Shown here: one piece after another, positions 37,094 to 49,785 of the stretch
Layout: every line of letters begins with the position of its first letter
How positions within the stretch are numbered: position 1 is the first letter of the stretch
DNA from: Lingula anatina
Lineage: Eukaryota > Animalia > Brachiopoda
Direction of reading: 5' to 3'
Assembly: GCA_051362555.1 (NCBI GenBank)
Contig: CM120641.1
Span: 42,290,401-42,354,400 of the forward strand
Length of the DNA: 64,000 nucleotides
The notes under the pieces: generated by a model
Databases searched by the model: none
What the model was told of the DNA's origin: nothing
The model's input: only the letters and a program-made list of their open reading frames with translations
Made by a program: the position numbers and the translations under genes

Positions 37094-39746
37094 ATGGCGA
37101 CCGCTTCAATTGGAGATGAAGACGAAAGTTTGAGGGCTAAGATTCGAGAAAATTTCACCAACTGCTCAATTTGTCTCAAAGATTTTGAGGTTCCCACAGT
37201 TCTCCCCTGTCTGCACACCTACTGTAAGCGATGTCTGGCCAGCTACATCCCCGATAATACACCAGGTATAACGTGTTATCACCCACATTTAACCAGAAAG
37301 CAGATTCATTTTTGTTTAGAACATGTACTGACCCTATTCTTAATTACATAAGTGACCAGCTACATCCCTGATAATACACAAAGTGTTACGTGTGACATGT
37401 TAGAATTAAAATACATAAATGATAAATTAATGTTGGACGGTACTTGTACATTTTGGTTAATATTGACATTTGTGTTACTGTGTTTAAACAACAAATAATG
37501 CTTCAAATTAAAAAGCAATTTCTTCACGTTCATCATGTAAAGAACGCCTTCTCTTGCCTGTATCAGTAATTCTTATCTTCATTGTTTGTATTCCTCCATT
37601 TTCGTCACTGAAAGAAGACCAATTATAAAGGATATAAATGTAATTGTTGCCTATAAGTTAAAATGTAATCAAACCGACTTTTTAATGCATAATCATATTA
37701 AACATGGCAGTTAGTTGAATTCATTAATATTGACTAAACAAACGATTTTGAGAAAATGTTTGAGATCAAATATATACACTGTAACAGTTTTAATTATTAA
37801 ATATCTTTATTAAAATAACTAACATCAAGGATAAAATTTGAAAGGTTGGTACATATTAAGTGCATATGACCAAGCAATAAAAAAAGATAAACACTTATGC
37901 TTCTTATAAGTATCAGTAAACTGTAGAGTGTAAAATATTCTCAATTCCAGGAAGCAAGTTCCTGTGTCCCTTGTGTCAGAAAGAGACAAATCTTCCGGAA
38001 GATGGAGTTGATGGTTTCCTCCATAATTACTTTATTGACAGTCTCCAGGACACTGTGCTCACACCAACCAGGAAAAAGAAATGTGGTGCCTGTGCCGCAA
38101 ACGGTGAAGATGTTGAGGCAGTGTCCAAATGTCTCAACTGCAGTGAGTACCTCTGTAATCCTTGTGCCAAGTATCATATCCGTTTTAAAATGTCATCGAA
38201 TCACAAGGTCTACACATTTGAGCAGCTACGTAGTGGGGAACACCAACAAGAGCTCCAGGAATTCCAGAGTGTCTTCTGTCCTGAACACAAAGAAGAACCT
38301 ATCAGGTATTTCTGTCTCAAGTGCCAGATACCCATTTGCCGTGACTGCAAGGTCCTCACTCATGATGAGCACAAGTGTACATCCCTGGATACTGCCATAG
38401 AAACAGTGAAGCCCAAACTGGCGTCCATGCTGGTAAAGTTAGACGACAAGATCAGCGTACAAGAAAACGAGTTAACCGTCCTTCAGGCTGTGCTCAGGGA
38501 CCACGATACCAATACCAGCTCTGTGATGAAGGACATCTCAGAGCACAGTCGCCATCTTCAGCAACAGATTCAGCAGCAGGAGAAAAAGCTTCTCCAAGAA
38601 GTTCAGCAAGTCAGCGAGGCTCATAAGAAGAACATCACCTTGTACTTGGAGAGTTGTGAGGTCACCACGTCAACCATGAAGAGCACCTCAGATCTAGTCG
38701 GCAGCATCCTGTCCCGTGGTACTCCAGCTGAAATCCTCATTCTACAGCAGCAAGTAGGAGACAGGTTACAGGAGCTCCTGCTGCCATCTGGTGGCGGTGA
38801 TATCCCACAACCCTTCAGCCTTCAACTACAGAACAACAGTGATGTTGATAGAGAAATGGACAAGGGTACAGGACTTGGGACGATACAACAAAACAGACAA
38901 GTTATTCAAGGCATTAATTCACGGGGACCATTGACTGTAACACGGAAGGCACAGATCAAAGATAAACCACACTTGGTTACTGAATTTGATTCAAACTGTA
39001 GCCGTCCATATAGTCTTACCACCAGTTCCAAGCCGCAGCTCGAATATCTGGTGGTGGGTTATGATAACAACAAAGTGTGCAGATTCAGCTCAGATGGACA
39101 ACTCTTTTTGCAGCAATCCAAGGCTGGTAACAGGTCACTGCACACACCTTTTGGTATAGCAGTATTACCGGATGGGACCATAGTGGTCTCTGAATATAAC
39201 AACAACAAGCTAATCTTCATGTCACAGGACCTAACTCTCACAAAAGAAATAGATATGAAAAGACCTGTTGATTTACATAGCACCAACTTCAATACCATCC
39301 TGGTTGCCCAGCCTGGTCTTAAACAAGTCAGCATTGTCAACACTCACGGTGCCACAGTGGATACCATAAGGCACGGTAGCTTTCAGTGGCCTTGTTATTT
39401 GACTGTTCTTAACAATGGGAACGTTGTTGTATCTGATCGCAATGCTAAAGCAGTCTTCATCCTGAGTCCCACTGGGTCACTGCTCCACACTTACACTGGC
39501 TCTGGACAGCATCAACTTTGTGAACCAACTGGAGTCTGTGTTGACCAGCATGATAACATTATGGTTGCTGACTACAGCGCCAACAAAATTCACATCATAT
39601 CAATCGATGGTAAATTTGTCCAGTTCTTAGCAACTGAAGATGATGGACTGCAAGTTCCTCTTGGTTTAACCATCAACCATGATGGTGATTTAGCAGTGTC
39701 TCAGTACGGAGGGAAGATCAAGGCGTTTAGGTACATGAATTCATGA
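37094..39746 (+). CDS. TRIM-NHL E3 ligase, copy 4, ~655 aa
   Basis: Exon 1 37094-37265 (CAG|GTATAA) and exon 2 37951-39746; open frame. Confidence 0.93.
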
Positions 39747-41000
39747 TAGATGAAAATGAATAAACTTGTCCTGTAGAGATCGATCAGTGATAAATGGAAT
39801 GTTTTACTGTGGTGAACATAGACCGTTTGTGAAATGATACAACGTGCTTGATTACCTATGATTAATATTATGATTGGCCTACTTTTAACTGAATTTCGTT
39901 ATGGTTGTTGAGTGTTATCATGACTAATATTCCTATTAACATGGTAGTAATCATTTTTGTGTAAATCAGCAAATGATAAAAAACATATTTGATCTTATAT
40001 CCAGTGCATGTCGTAGTAAATTTAGAAAGGAATTAAAACGGAATGACACTTGCTGTTTTGTTCTAGAAAATCCTCTTCAAAAGTAACATAATATCATATA
40101 TCTGTTATTTCTGATCTCACATAATTTTAATCCTTTATACGCATAACGGGCATTAAACAAATCTGTAAAACACAAAAAAATTGTATCAAAAATGCAAATA
40201 AAAATGACACGAATACAAAAAAAACGCCATTTGTTATTATTATTATTATCATCACTGTTTCGACAATAACCGACATCAGTAATTCCATGCAGTCAAAAAC
40301 TTAATTCATAATCTCACAAAAATAAAATGTAAATGTAGAAACATTTTCCACTTGATATGTAAATTTTCGAGGGGTCTGCAAGCGCAGGAAAAACGGAGAT
40401 GTACAGTATATGTAAGAACCGTAAGTCTAATATTACGTTTATAAGCAATATTCTTATCATTATGATTTTACTAAAATGTTGCTGATGTTATTTTTATTAT
40501 TATTATGACAGTATTCCTTCATTTTAAGGCAAAATTGAGGTCATATCAAACAAATGGCTGACATGACTAGTTTTTCATCTATGGAGATGACATATGGGAA
40601 ATATATGAAAATATGAGATATGTGCGATAATTTACTCCACTTAATTATCTGGAGCCTCATAAGGGCCATTCAGAATAGAATATCCGAGTATCAACTGGTA
40701 CAAGGCGGACCCTACATGACATGAAGACCGCTTGTAAGTTCCTGTATTGGTCTCTCAGCCTCTCACACGCACCCCCCCCCCCCCCCACACACACACACAC
40801 ACACACACACACCTGCAGGGGCACAGTAATCAAATCTCGGCTCCATTCAAGGATACTGGGAAAAAAAGGTAAATTAATAATAACTGTTGCCATTAAATCA
40901 ATTAAATCGTGCAGTAATGTAATGTTGTTAAATGGCCGTCTCCAATGTGTAGATATGTAGATATAATGTGTATCAAACTTTTGTTTCTCTCTCTCTCTCT

Positions 41001-41042
<42 letters not shown>

Positions 41043-41444
41043 TTATTTAAAAAACACTTATGAAAATCAATTTTTTAAAGAGAGATTTATCAACAGGTGT
41101 TTGTGTCTGCGTTCCCTTGACACACTAGGTACAAGATTAAACCCCACTTTATTGGAAGCTTCATTAATATTTTCTACTCTTCTTTATTCATTCTGTCATC
41201 AACAAAAATTTAGGAAAAAAAATTCGCTTTTTGCGCTTTACTTTGTTTTGTTTATCAAATAACAGCATTTTTACGTGCTAAAATAATGACCCACTTTTTC
41301 AGATAAATTATTTACATGCACGCTTTATTACAGTTATCGTTGAACTAACCTATCAATCTATACATCATGGGACCCCATTTTATGACCTCTCCAAAGTCAT
41401 ACATAGATAAGTTAGAATCAGGTGATTACATCCACCCCTAAAAC

Positions 41445-44400
41445 ATGGCGACAGCTTCAGGCGTAGAGGATGAGGAGAGTTTGAGGGCAAAGATTCGAGA
41501 AAATTTCACCAACTGCTCCATCTGCCTCAAAGATTTTGAAGATCCAAAAGTTCTGCCCTGTCTTCACACCTACTGTAAGCGATGTCTGGCCAGCTACATC
41601 CCCGGTAATACACCAGGTAAGCATGCGACATGTCAGAATGAAGTGAAACTATCTTTGCGCAGTTTTGCACATTCATTTACACTTACAGTACAAACATTGT
41701 GAATTAAATCTTTGAAATGGATAAGAATTTAATCAAATTTCAACCAAGCTTTTCCTAGCATCAACAATACTAGTTGGTGTCGAAAGGTAGCCATCACGCC
41801 TTCAGGGACCTTGATTTCTATGTTGCAACACGGCCGCACGGGTTCACGAGATAATATGATTTTGTCACAAAAATGCGGGGATAATAAATTTGTATAAATA
41901 TTCTGCAATTGCTCAGTTTTAAAAGTAATTAATATATTTGCATGGTAAAAATTTATCAACCCGTTTTTTGTTTTTAATCGAAAGTTTGTCTTCCTCCATC
42001 GTCGAGAATAAGTTGATGAAAATGTTTCTTATAAATAAGGACCAACTGATATGTATTTGTGTTACTTCCATCTAAAATGTATCTAAAATGTATCCAACTT
42101 TTGATGAATCGATTAAATATAAAACACCATCATCATCATCATCATTATCATCACGTCGATCGTAGTCAACAGACGGTATCATTTATTAGGCGACAGCATA
42201 TTCAGACTTCCAGACCCTACCGTCCTCAATGATACTGGGCAAGCCCATTTATGTGCTCCAAGCCAAGAGAACCTTGACATAAGTTTTGTTTCGTGTGCCA
42301 TGTGTCTTCCTCTACTTCCCTCGTCCTTCAATTTTCCCAAAGTACCAGTTTGTCCATTCCGTCTTTTCTGATGGTATAGCCCAGAGATTCATTTGTCTCT
42401 TTCTGCTTGTTTTCAACAGTGCTTTTTGTATTCCTGCAAGTTGATACTCTTCTTCATTGATCTTTCTTTCTGTCCAGGATATTATCAACATTTCCGTAGG
42501 TACCACATTTCGGTAGCTTCCAGTTTCTTCTTAGTTTTCTTGGAGATATCCCAGCATTCACAACCATACAAGATAATACATTTCTTAAAACCGCGCCACA
42601 CGTGTGTCTTAGCGCTGCTTACATTTTCATATAAAAACTGAAACTACAAAGATAAACTAAAATCTAACATCAAAGTAATTAAAACTTAAAAATAAAAGTT
42701 AACCAAAACATTCTTAAAATACAAAGCAGTGATAAGAATCTTCAGGAATGCAGTCTTCAAGAATCAGTTATAAAGAGTATTAGGAAAACTGTACAGTTTA
42801 CATTATCCTTTTAATTCCAGGAAGCACGTTCCAGTGCCCCGTGTGCCGGAAAGAGACAATGCTTCCAGAAGAAGGAGTTGAAGGCTTCCTCCATAACTAC
42901 TTCATAGACAGCCTCCAGGACACTGTGCTCACCCCGACCAGGAAGAAAAAATGTGATGCTTGTGCCATAGACGGTGATGATGTTTAGGCAGTGTCCAAAT
43001 GTCTCAACTGCAGTGAGTATCTCTGTAGTCCTTGTGCCAAGTCTCACATTCGTTTCAAAATGTCAGTGAACCACAAAATCTACACCTTAGAGCAGCTGCA
43101 TAGTGGGGAACACCAACAAGAGCTCCAGGAATTCCAGAGTGTCTTCTGTCCTGAACACAAAGAAGAACCTATCAGGTATTTCTGTCTCAAGTGCCAGATG
43201 CCCATTTGCCGTGACTGCAAGGTCCTCACTCATGATGAGCACAAGTGTACATCCCTAGATACTGCCATAGAAACAGTGAAGCCCAAACTGGCATCCATGC
43301 TGGAGAAGTTAGACGACAAGATCAGCGTACAAGAAAACGAGTTATCCATCCTGCGGGGCGCGCTCAGGGACCACGATACCAATACCAGCTCTGTGATGAA
43401 GGACATCTCAGAGCACAGTCGCCATCTTCAGCAACAGATTCAGCAACAGGAGAAGAAGCTTTTCCAAGAAGTTCAGCAAGTCAGCGAGGTTCATAAGAAG
43501 AACATCACCTTGTACATGGAGAGTTGTGAGGTCACCACGTCAACAATGAAGAGCACCTCAGATCTAGTCGGCAGCATCCTGTCCCGTGGTACTCCAGCCG
43601 AGATCCTCATTCTACAGCAGCAAGTAGGAGACAGGTTACAGGAGCTTCTGCTGCCATCTGGTGGCGGTGATATCCCACAGCACCTCAGCCTGCAACTACA
43701 GACCAACAATGATGTTGACAGAGAAGTGAACAAGGGGACAGGACTTGGGAAGATACAACAAGACAGAAAAGATATTCAAGGTATTAATTCACGTGGAACA
43801 TTGATTGTAACACGGAAGGCACAGATTAAAGATAACCCACACTTGGTTAGTCAGTTTAATTCAAATTGTAGCAATCCATCTAGTCTGGTCACCTGTACCA
43901 AACCACAGCAGGGATACCTGGTGGTGGATTATGATAACAACAAAGTGTGTAGATTCAGTTTAGATGGACAACTCCTTGTGCAGCAATCCAAGGCTGGTAG
44001 CAGGTCACTAGACAACCCTTTTGGTATAGCATCACTTCCTGATGGTACCACATTGGTCTCTGAATATGGCAACAATAAACTAAATTTCATGTCACGGGAC
44101 TTAAATATTACTAAAGAAGTGGATATGAAAGGTCTTGATGGTTTACATGTTACCAACTCCAATACCATTCTGGTTGCTCAGCCTAATCTTAAACAAGTCA
44201 GCATTGTCAACATCCACGGTGCAATAATGGGTACCATAAAGCACAGTGGTTTTCAGCAGCCTTGGTATGTGACTGTTCTTAACAATGGGAACATTGTTGT
44301 TTCTGATAACAAAGCTAAAGCAGTCTTCATCATGAGTCCCACTGGGTCACTGCTCCACACCTACACTGGCTCTGGACAGAATCAACTCGGTATTCCACAC

Positions 44401-44619
44401 GGTGTCTGTGTTGACCAGTATGATAACATTATGATTGCTGACTTCAGCGCCAACAAAATTCACATCATATCAATCGATGGTGAGTTTGTCCAGTTGTTAG
44501 CAACTGAAAATGACGGACTGCAGAAACCTCTTGGTCTAACCATCAACCATGATGGTGATTTAACAGTGTCTCAGCACGGAGGGATGGTCAAGGTGTTTAG
44601 GTACATGGATTCATACTAG
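41445..44619 (+). pseudogene. TRIM-NHL copy 5 with a single premature stop (GAG>TAG) in B-box1; could encode a 112-aa RING-only protein
   Basis: Exon 1 41445-41616, exon 2 42821-44619. TAG at 42985-42987 replaces the Glu of 'DVEAVSKC'. The downstream 542 codons are open. Confidence 0.85.
42127..42570 (-). mobile_element. RTE-like LINE 3' fragment in the copy 5 intron
   Basis: Translation EMLIISWTERKINEE..LLKTSRKRQM..GKIEGRG matches the RTE-clade C-terminus (RISW....NEEV..GKIEG.R.RGR); ends in a (TGA)n-type tail. Confidence 0.75.
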
Positions 44620-45372
44620 AAATGAATGAGCTCATCCTGTAGAGATTGATCAGTAATAAATGGAATTTTTACAGTAGTGAACGTAAGTTGTTTCTGAGAG
44701 GAAACATATTATTACATATGAATGCGATTATGATTGACTGACCTTATATCGAATTTCATTATAGTTGTGGGGTACCTTCATGATAGCCGTATGGAAATTG
44801 ATCAAGATATTCCTAGTTGCAAGGTAGTAATAATTTTTAGTTTCAATATGACTTGACGAGGATGCAGAATGTGATACGGATGTATATTTGTTTGTAAGAT
44901 AATGAAATTAAATGGTGAATTAAAAATAGTTTCTGTCATTAAATCACCAAATAATAATAAATTGACCAGTGCAATTAATCATATAATGTTGTTGGCTGTC
45001 CTTCTATATTGTGTAGATTTGCATTCTGACTAGGTTTTGTACTTGACATAAAAACATATTTGATTTTATATCCAGTATATGCTGTAGTAAATTTAGACAG
45101 GAATTCTTTTTTGTTCCAGATAATCACCTTTACTGGTAATATAATATATCTGATATTTCTAATCTTAAACTAGAGGATCAGAGAGGCGATACCGCCTCCG
45201 AGTATTGTACCACCAGCTGGAGCAAGCGCATTCGTATAGACCCCCACATACACAAAATAAGGGACATAGCCACCAGTTTTGTGCTTGACAAGCTGTAAAA
45301 ATGCAATCAACAAGAATTTTTAAACTATTGCAAAAAATATATATGGTACAATCAAATTTAAGTTCTTCGTAA

Positions 45373-48300
45373 GGTAGGTCAAGGGTCAATTTCAAGGTCA
45401 CAGTAAATTGCCAGTATATGACTTCCTATTCAAGTTCAAGAGTAACTATGGACCTATCTCTGTCAAGTTTGAAGTTAAAAGAGAAAGAAATTAGCAGAGT
45501 TCAGTTCATGATAAAAAGTAGGTCAAAGGTCAATTTCAAGGTCACATTTAGATTGCCAGTATATGACTTTCTATTCAAGTTCAATAGTAACTATGGACCT
45601 ATCTCTGCCAGTTTTGGAGATAAAAGGGAAGCAAAATTTGCAAAGTTCAGTTTATGGTGAAAAGTAGGACAAAGGTCAATTTTAATGTCACATTTATAAT
45701 GCCAGTATAAGACTTCCTATTCAAGTTCAATAGTAACTACGGACGTATCTCAGCCAGTTTTGGAGATAAAAGGAAAGCAAAATTTGCAAAATTCAGTTTA
45801 TGGTGTAAAGTAGGTCAAAGGTCAATTTTAAGGTCCCATTTAGATTGCCAGTATATGACTTCCTTTTCAAGTTCAATAGTAACTATGGACCTATCTCTGC
45901 CAGTTTTGGAGATAAAAGGGAAGCAAAATTTGCAAAGTTCATGGTGAAAAGTAGGTCAAAGGTCAATTTCAAGGTCACATTTAGATTGCCAGTATATGAC
46001 TTCCTATTCAAGTTCAATAGTAACTATGGACCTATCTCAGCCAGTTTTGGAGATAAAAGGGAAGCAAAATTTGCAAAATTCAGTTCATGGTGAAAAGTAG
46101 GTCAAAGGTCAATTTCAAGGTCACATTTAGATTGCCAGTATATGACTTCCTATTCAAGTTCAAGAGTAACTATGGACCTATCTCTGGCAAGTTTGAAGTT
46201 AAAAGAGAAAGAAATTAGCAGAGTTCAGTTCATGATAAAAAGTAGGTCAAAGGTCAATTTCAAGGTCACATTTAGATTGCCAGTATATGACTTTCTATTC
46301 AAGTTCAATAGTAACTATGGACCTATCTCTGCCAGTTTTGGAGATAAAAGGGAAGCAAAATTTGCAAAGTTCAGTTTATGGTGAAAAGTAGGACAAAGGT
46401 CAATTTTAATGTCACATTTATAATGCCAGTATATGACTTCCTATTCAAGTTCAATAGTAACTACGGACCTATCTCAGCCAGTTTTGGAGATAAAAGGAAA
46501 GCAAAATTTGCAAAATTCAGTTTATGGTGTAAAGTAGGTCAAAGGTCAATTTTAAGGTCCCATTTAGATTGCCAGTATATGACTTCCTTTTCAAGTTCAA
46601 TAGTAACTATGGACCTATCTCTGCCAGTTTTGGAGATAAAAGGAAAGCAAAATTTGCAAAGTTCAGTTCATGGTGAAAAGTAGGTCAAAGGTCAATTTCA
46701 AGGTCACATTTAGATTGCCAGTATATGACTTCCTATTCAAGTTCAATAGTAACTATGGACCCATCTCAGCCAGTTTTGGAGATAAAAGGGAAGCAAAATT
46801 TGCAAAATTCAGTTCATGGTGAAAAGTAGGTCAAAGGTCAATTTCAAGGTCACATTTAGATTGCCAGTATATGACTTCCTATTCAAGTTCAATAGTAACT
46901 ATGGACCTATCTCTGCCAGTTTTGGAGATAAAAGGGAAGCAAAATTTGCAAAGTTCAGTTTATGGTGAAAAGTAGGTCAAAGGTCAATTTTGAGGTCACA
47001 TATAGATTGCCAGTATATGACTTCCTATTCAAGTTCAATAGTAACTATGGACCTATCTCTGCCAGTTTTGGAGATAAAAGGGAAGCAAAATTTGCAAAAT
47101 TCAGTTCATGGTGTAAAGTAGGTCAAAGGTCAATTTTAAGGTCACATTTAGATTGCCAGTATATGACTTCCTATTCAAGTTCAATAGTAACTATGGACCT
47201 ATCTCTGTCAAGTTTGAAGTTAAAAGAGAAAGAAATTAGCAGAGTTCAGTTCATGATAAAAAGTAGGTCAAAGGTCAATTTCAAGGTCACATTTAGATTG
47301 CCAGTATATGACTTTCTATTCAAGTTCAATAGTAACTATGGACCTATCTCAGCCAGTTTTGGAGATAAAAGGAAAGCAAAATTTGCAAAATTCAGTTTAT
47401 GGTGTAAAGTAGGTCAAAGGTCAATTTTAAGGTCACATTTAGATTGCCAGTATATGACTTCCTTTTCAAGTTCAATAGTAACTATGGACCTATCTCTGCC
47501 AGTTTTGGAGATAAAAGGGAAGCAAAATTTGCAAAGTTCAGTTTATGGTGAAAAGTAGGTCAAAGGTCAATTTTGAGGTCACATTTAGATTGCCAGTATA
47601 TGACTTCCTATTCAAGTTCAATAGTAACTACGGACCTATCTCAGCCAGTTTTGGAGATAAAAGGAAAGCAAAATTTGCAAAATTCAGTTCATGGTGTAAA
47701 GTAGGTCAAAGGTCAATTTTAAGGTCACATTTAGATTGCCAGTATATGACTTCCTATTCAAGTTCAATAGTAACTATGGACCTATCTCAGCCAGTTTTGG
47801 AGATAAAAGGGAAGCAAAATTTGCAAAATTCAGTTCATGGTGAAAAGTAGGTCAAAGGTCAATTTCAAGGTCACATTTAGATTGCCAGTATATGACTTCC
47901 TATTCAAGTTCAATAGTAACTATGGACCTATCTCTGCCAGTTTTGGAGATAAAAGGGAAGCAAAATTTGCAAAGTTCAGTTTATGGTGAAAAGTAGGTCA
48001 AAGGTCAATTTTGAGGTCACATTTAGATTGCCAGTATATGACTTCCTTTTCAAGTTCAATAGTAACTACGGACCTATCTCAGCCAGTTTTGGAGATAAAA
48101 GGAAAGCAAAATTTGCAAAATTCAGTTCATGGTGTAAAGTAGGTCAAAGGTCAATTTTAAGGTCACATTTAGATTGCCAGTATATGACTTCCTATTCAAG
48201 TTCAATAGTAACTACGGACCTATCTCAGTCAGTTTTGGAGATGAAAGGAAAGCAAAATTTGCAAAATTCAGTTCATGGTGTAAAGTAGGTCAAAGGTCAA

Positions 48301-48830
48301 TTTTAAGGTCACATTTAGATTGCCAGTATATGACTTCCTATTCAAGTTCAATAGTAACTATGGACCTATCTCTGCCAGTTTTGGAGATAAAAGGGAAGCA
48401 AATTTTGCAAAGTTCAGTTTATGGTGAAAAGTAGGTCAAAGGTCAATTTTAAGGTCACATTTAGATTGCCAGTATATGACTTCCTATTCAAGTTCAATAG
48501 TAACTATGGACCTATCTCTGCCAGTTTTGGAGATAAAAGGGAAGAAAAATTTGCAAAGTTCAGTTCATGGTGAAAAGTAGGTCAAAGGTCACTTTCAAGG
48601 TCATAGTAAGATTGCCAGTATATGACTTCCTATTCAACTTCAATAGTAACTATGGACCTATCTCTGCCAGTTTTGGAGATAAAAGGGAAGAAAAATTTGC
48701 AAAGTTCAGTTCATGGTGAAAAGTAGGTCAAAGGTCACTTTCAAGGTCATAGTAAGATTGCCAGTATATGACTTCCTATTCAACTTCAATAGTAACTATG
48801 GACCTATCTCTGCCAGTTTTGGAGATATAA
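45373..48830. repeat. Tandem satellite, ~146-bp unit, ~24 copies
   Basis: Unit AAAGTAGGTCAAAGGTCAATTTCAAGGTCACATTTAGATTGCCAGTATATGACTTCC...GCAAAGTTCAGTTCATGGTGA. Equivalent ORF starts at 47545 and 47983 differ by 438 = 3 x 146. Confidence 0.97.
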
Positions 48831-49732
48831 GGGACTAAATGTTATAATTTTGGAGTTACCATAATGTGCCTTAAATTTCGTACAGAAAAAATTAATTAAA
48901 ATAAGGAAAATGTCATTTTGGTCAAAATTCTTGAAATAGGAGGTGCTCTGAAGTTTCAGAAGTTCAAATTTGATGAAATAATGTCATTTTTGAACACAAG
49001 TTGTCTGCTTTGCCAAGCCTTATGTTTTATTTTTCCAGAGTTCAAAATTTATTATCCATTACCGTACTGCACATTTTGCTTTTACCACCAATATGTACTT
49101 TTTGATACAGCGTAACTCTAAAACCGTATGGAATACAAAAAAACCGAGACCACTTCCAGTGTTGGGCTTTACATGCTCTACAAAATGCAAAAAAGAATGG
49201 GTCTCTAGCATTAACGGTTCCCGAATTAGAGACAGTTTTCAGTTTCGGTATCTTATGGCCGTTACTCCCGTGAAAATGCACCGATTGACCCCAAATTCAT
49301 GGAGATGAAAGATGACCTGAAGGGTAACACCTTCCAATAATATTATTGGTTAAGTCTGTGTGGTGTCTGAATAACAGGGCAAAAAAAATTTTTTTCGTAA
49401 AAAATTTCATTTTTTTTTAAATTTTGGCCCATTTGACCTTGAAGTAAAGGTCAAAGGTCAAATCCAAGGGTATATTTGAAATCTACACATATGACTTTTG
49501 GAAAGCCGTCTATAGAAATTTTTCCCATAACTCCTTCCGTAGGGTAGATAATTAGCATTTAATTTTGCCATTTTTAGACAAGGGTGCATTGCAATGAGTG
49601 CCACACCCAGACCCCAATACCGACAAAGCCCAAATTTTACGTGGAACGAGTTGAGATTATAGGTGACCTAAATCCATGAGATGGGTACGGGGGCCCTTAC
49701 CGTCTAGGAGGAGAAGCGGTAACGGTAGCCGT

Positions 49733-49785
49733 CCGGCGGAGCCGGCGGAGCCAACGGAGCCGGCGGAGCCGGCGGAGCCGGCGGA
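49733..49785. repeat. GC-rich 9-bp microsatellite (CCGGCGGAG)n
   Basis: About 6 units, one variant; it sits where HINE/DINE-1-type elements carry a microsatellite. Confidence 0.85.

Noticed and set aside
3589-44168. Recurrent antisense and alternate-frame ORFs within TRIM exon 2 (e.g. MVLELVTCK..., [10 protein letters not shown]...)
   Set aside because: They recur only because the sense genes are paralogous; no independent support.
45418-48434. Repeated ORFs (MVKSRSKVNF..., up to 198 aa) in the satellite
   Set aside because: By-products of a 146-bp unit (not a multiple of 3) cycling through frames; no splice or domain evidence.
45373-48830. CRISPR-like array
   Set aside because: Units are contiguous near-identical repeats without unique spacers, there are no cas genes, and the context is eukaryotic.
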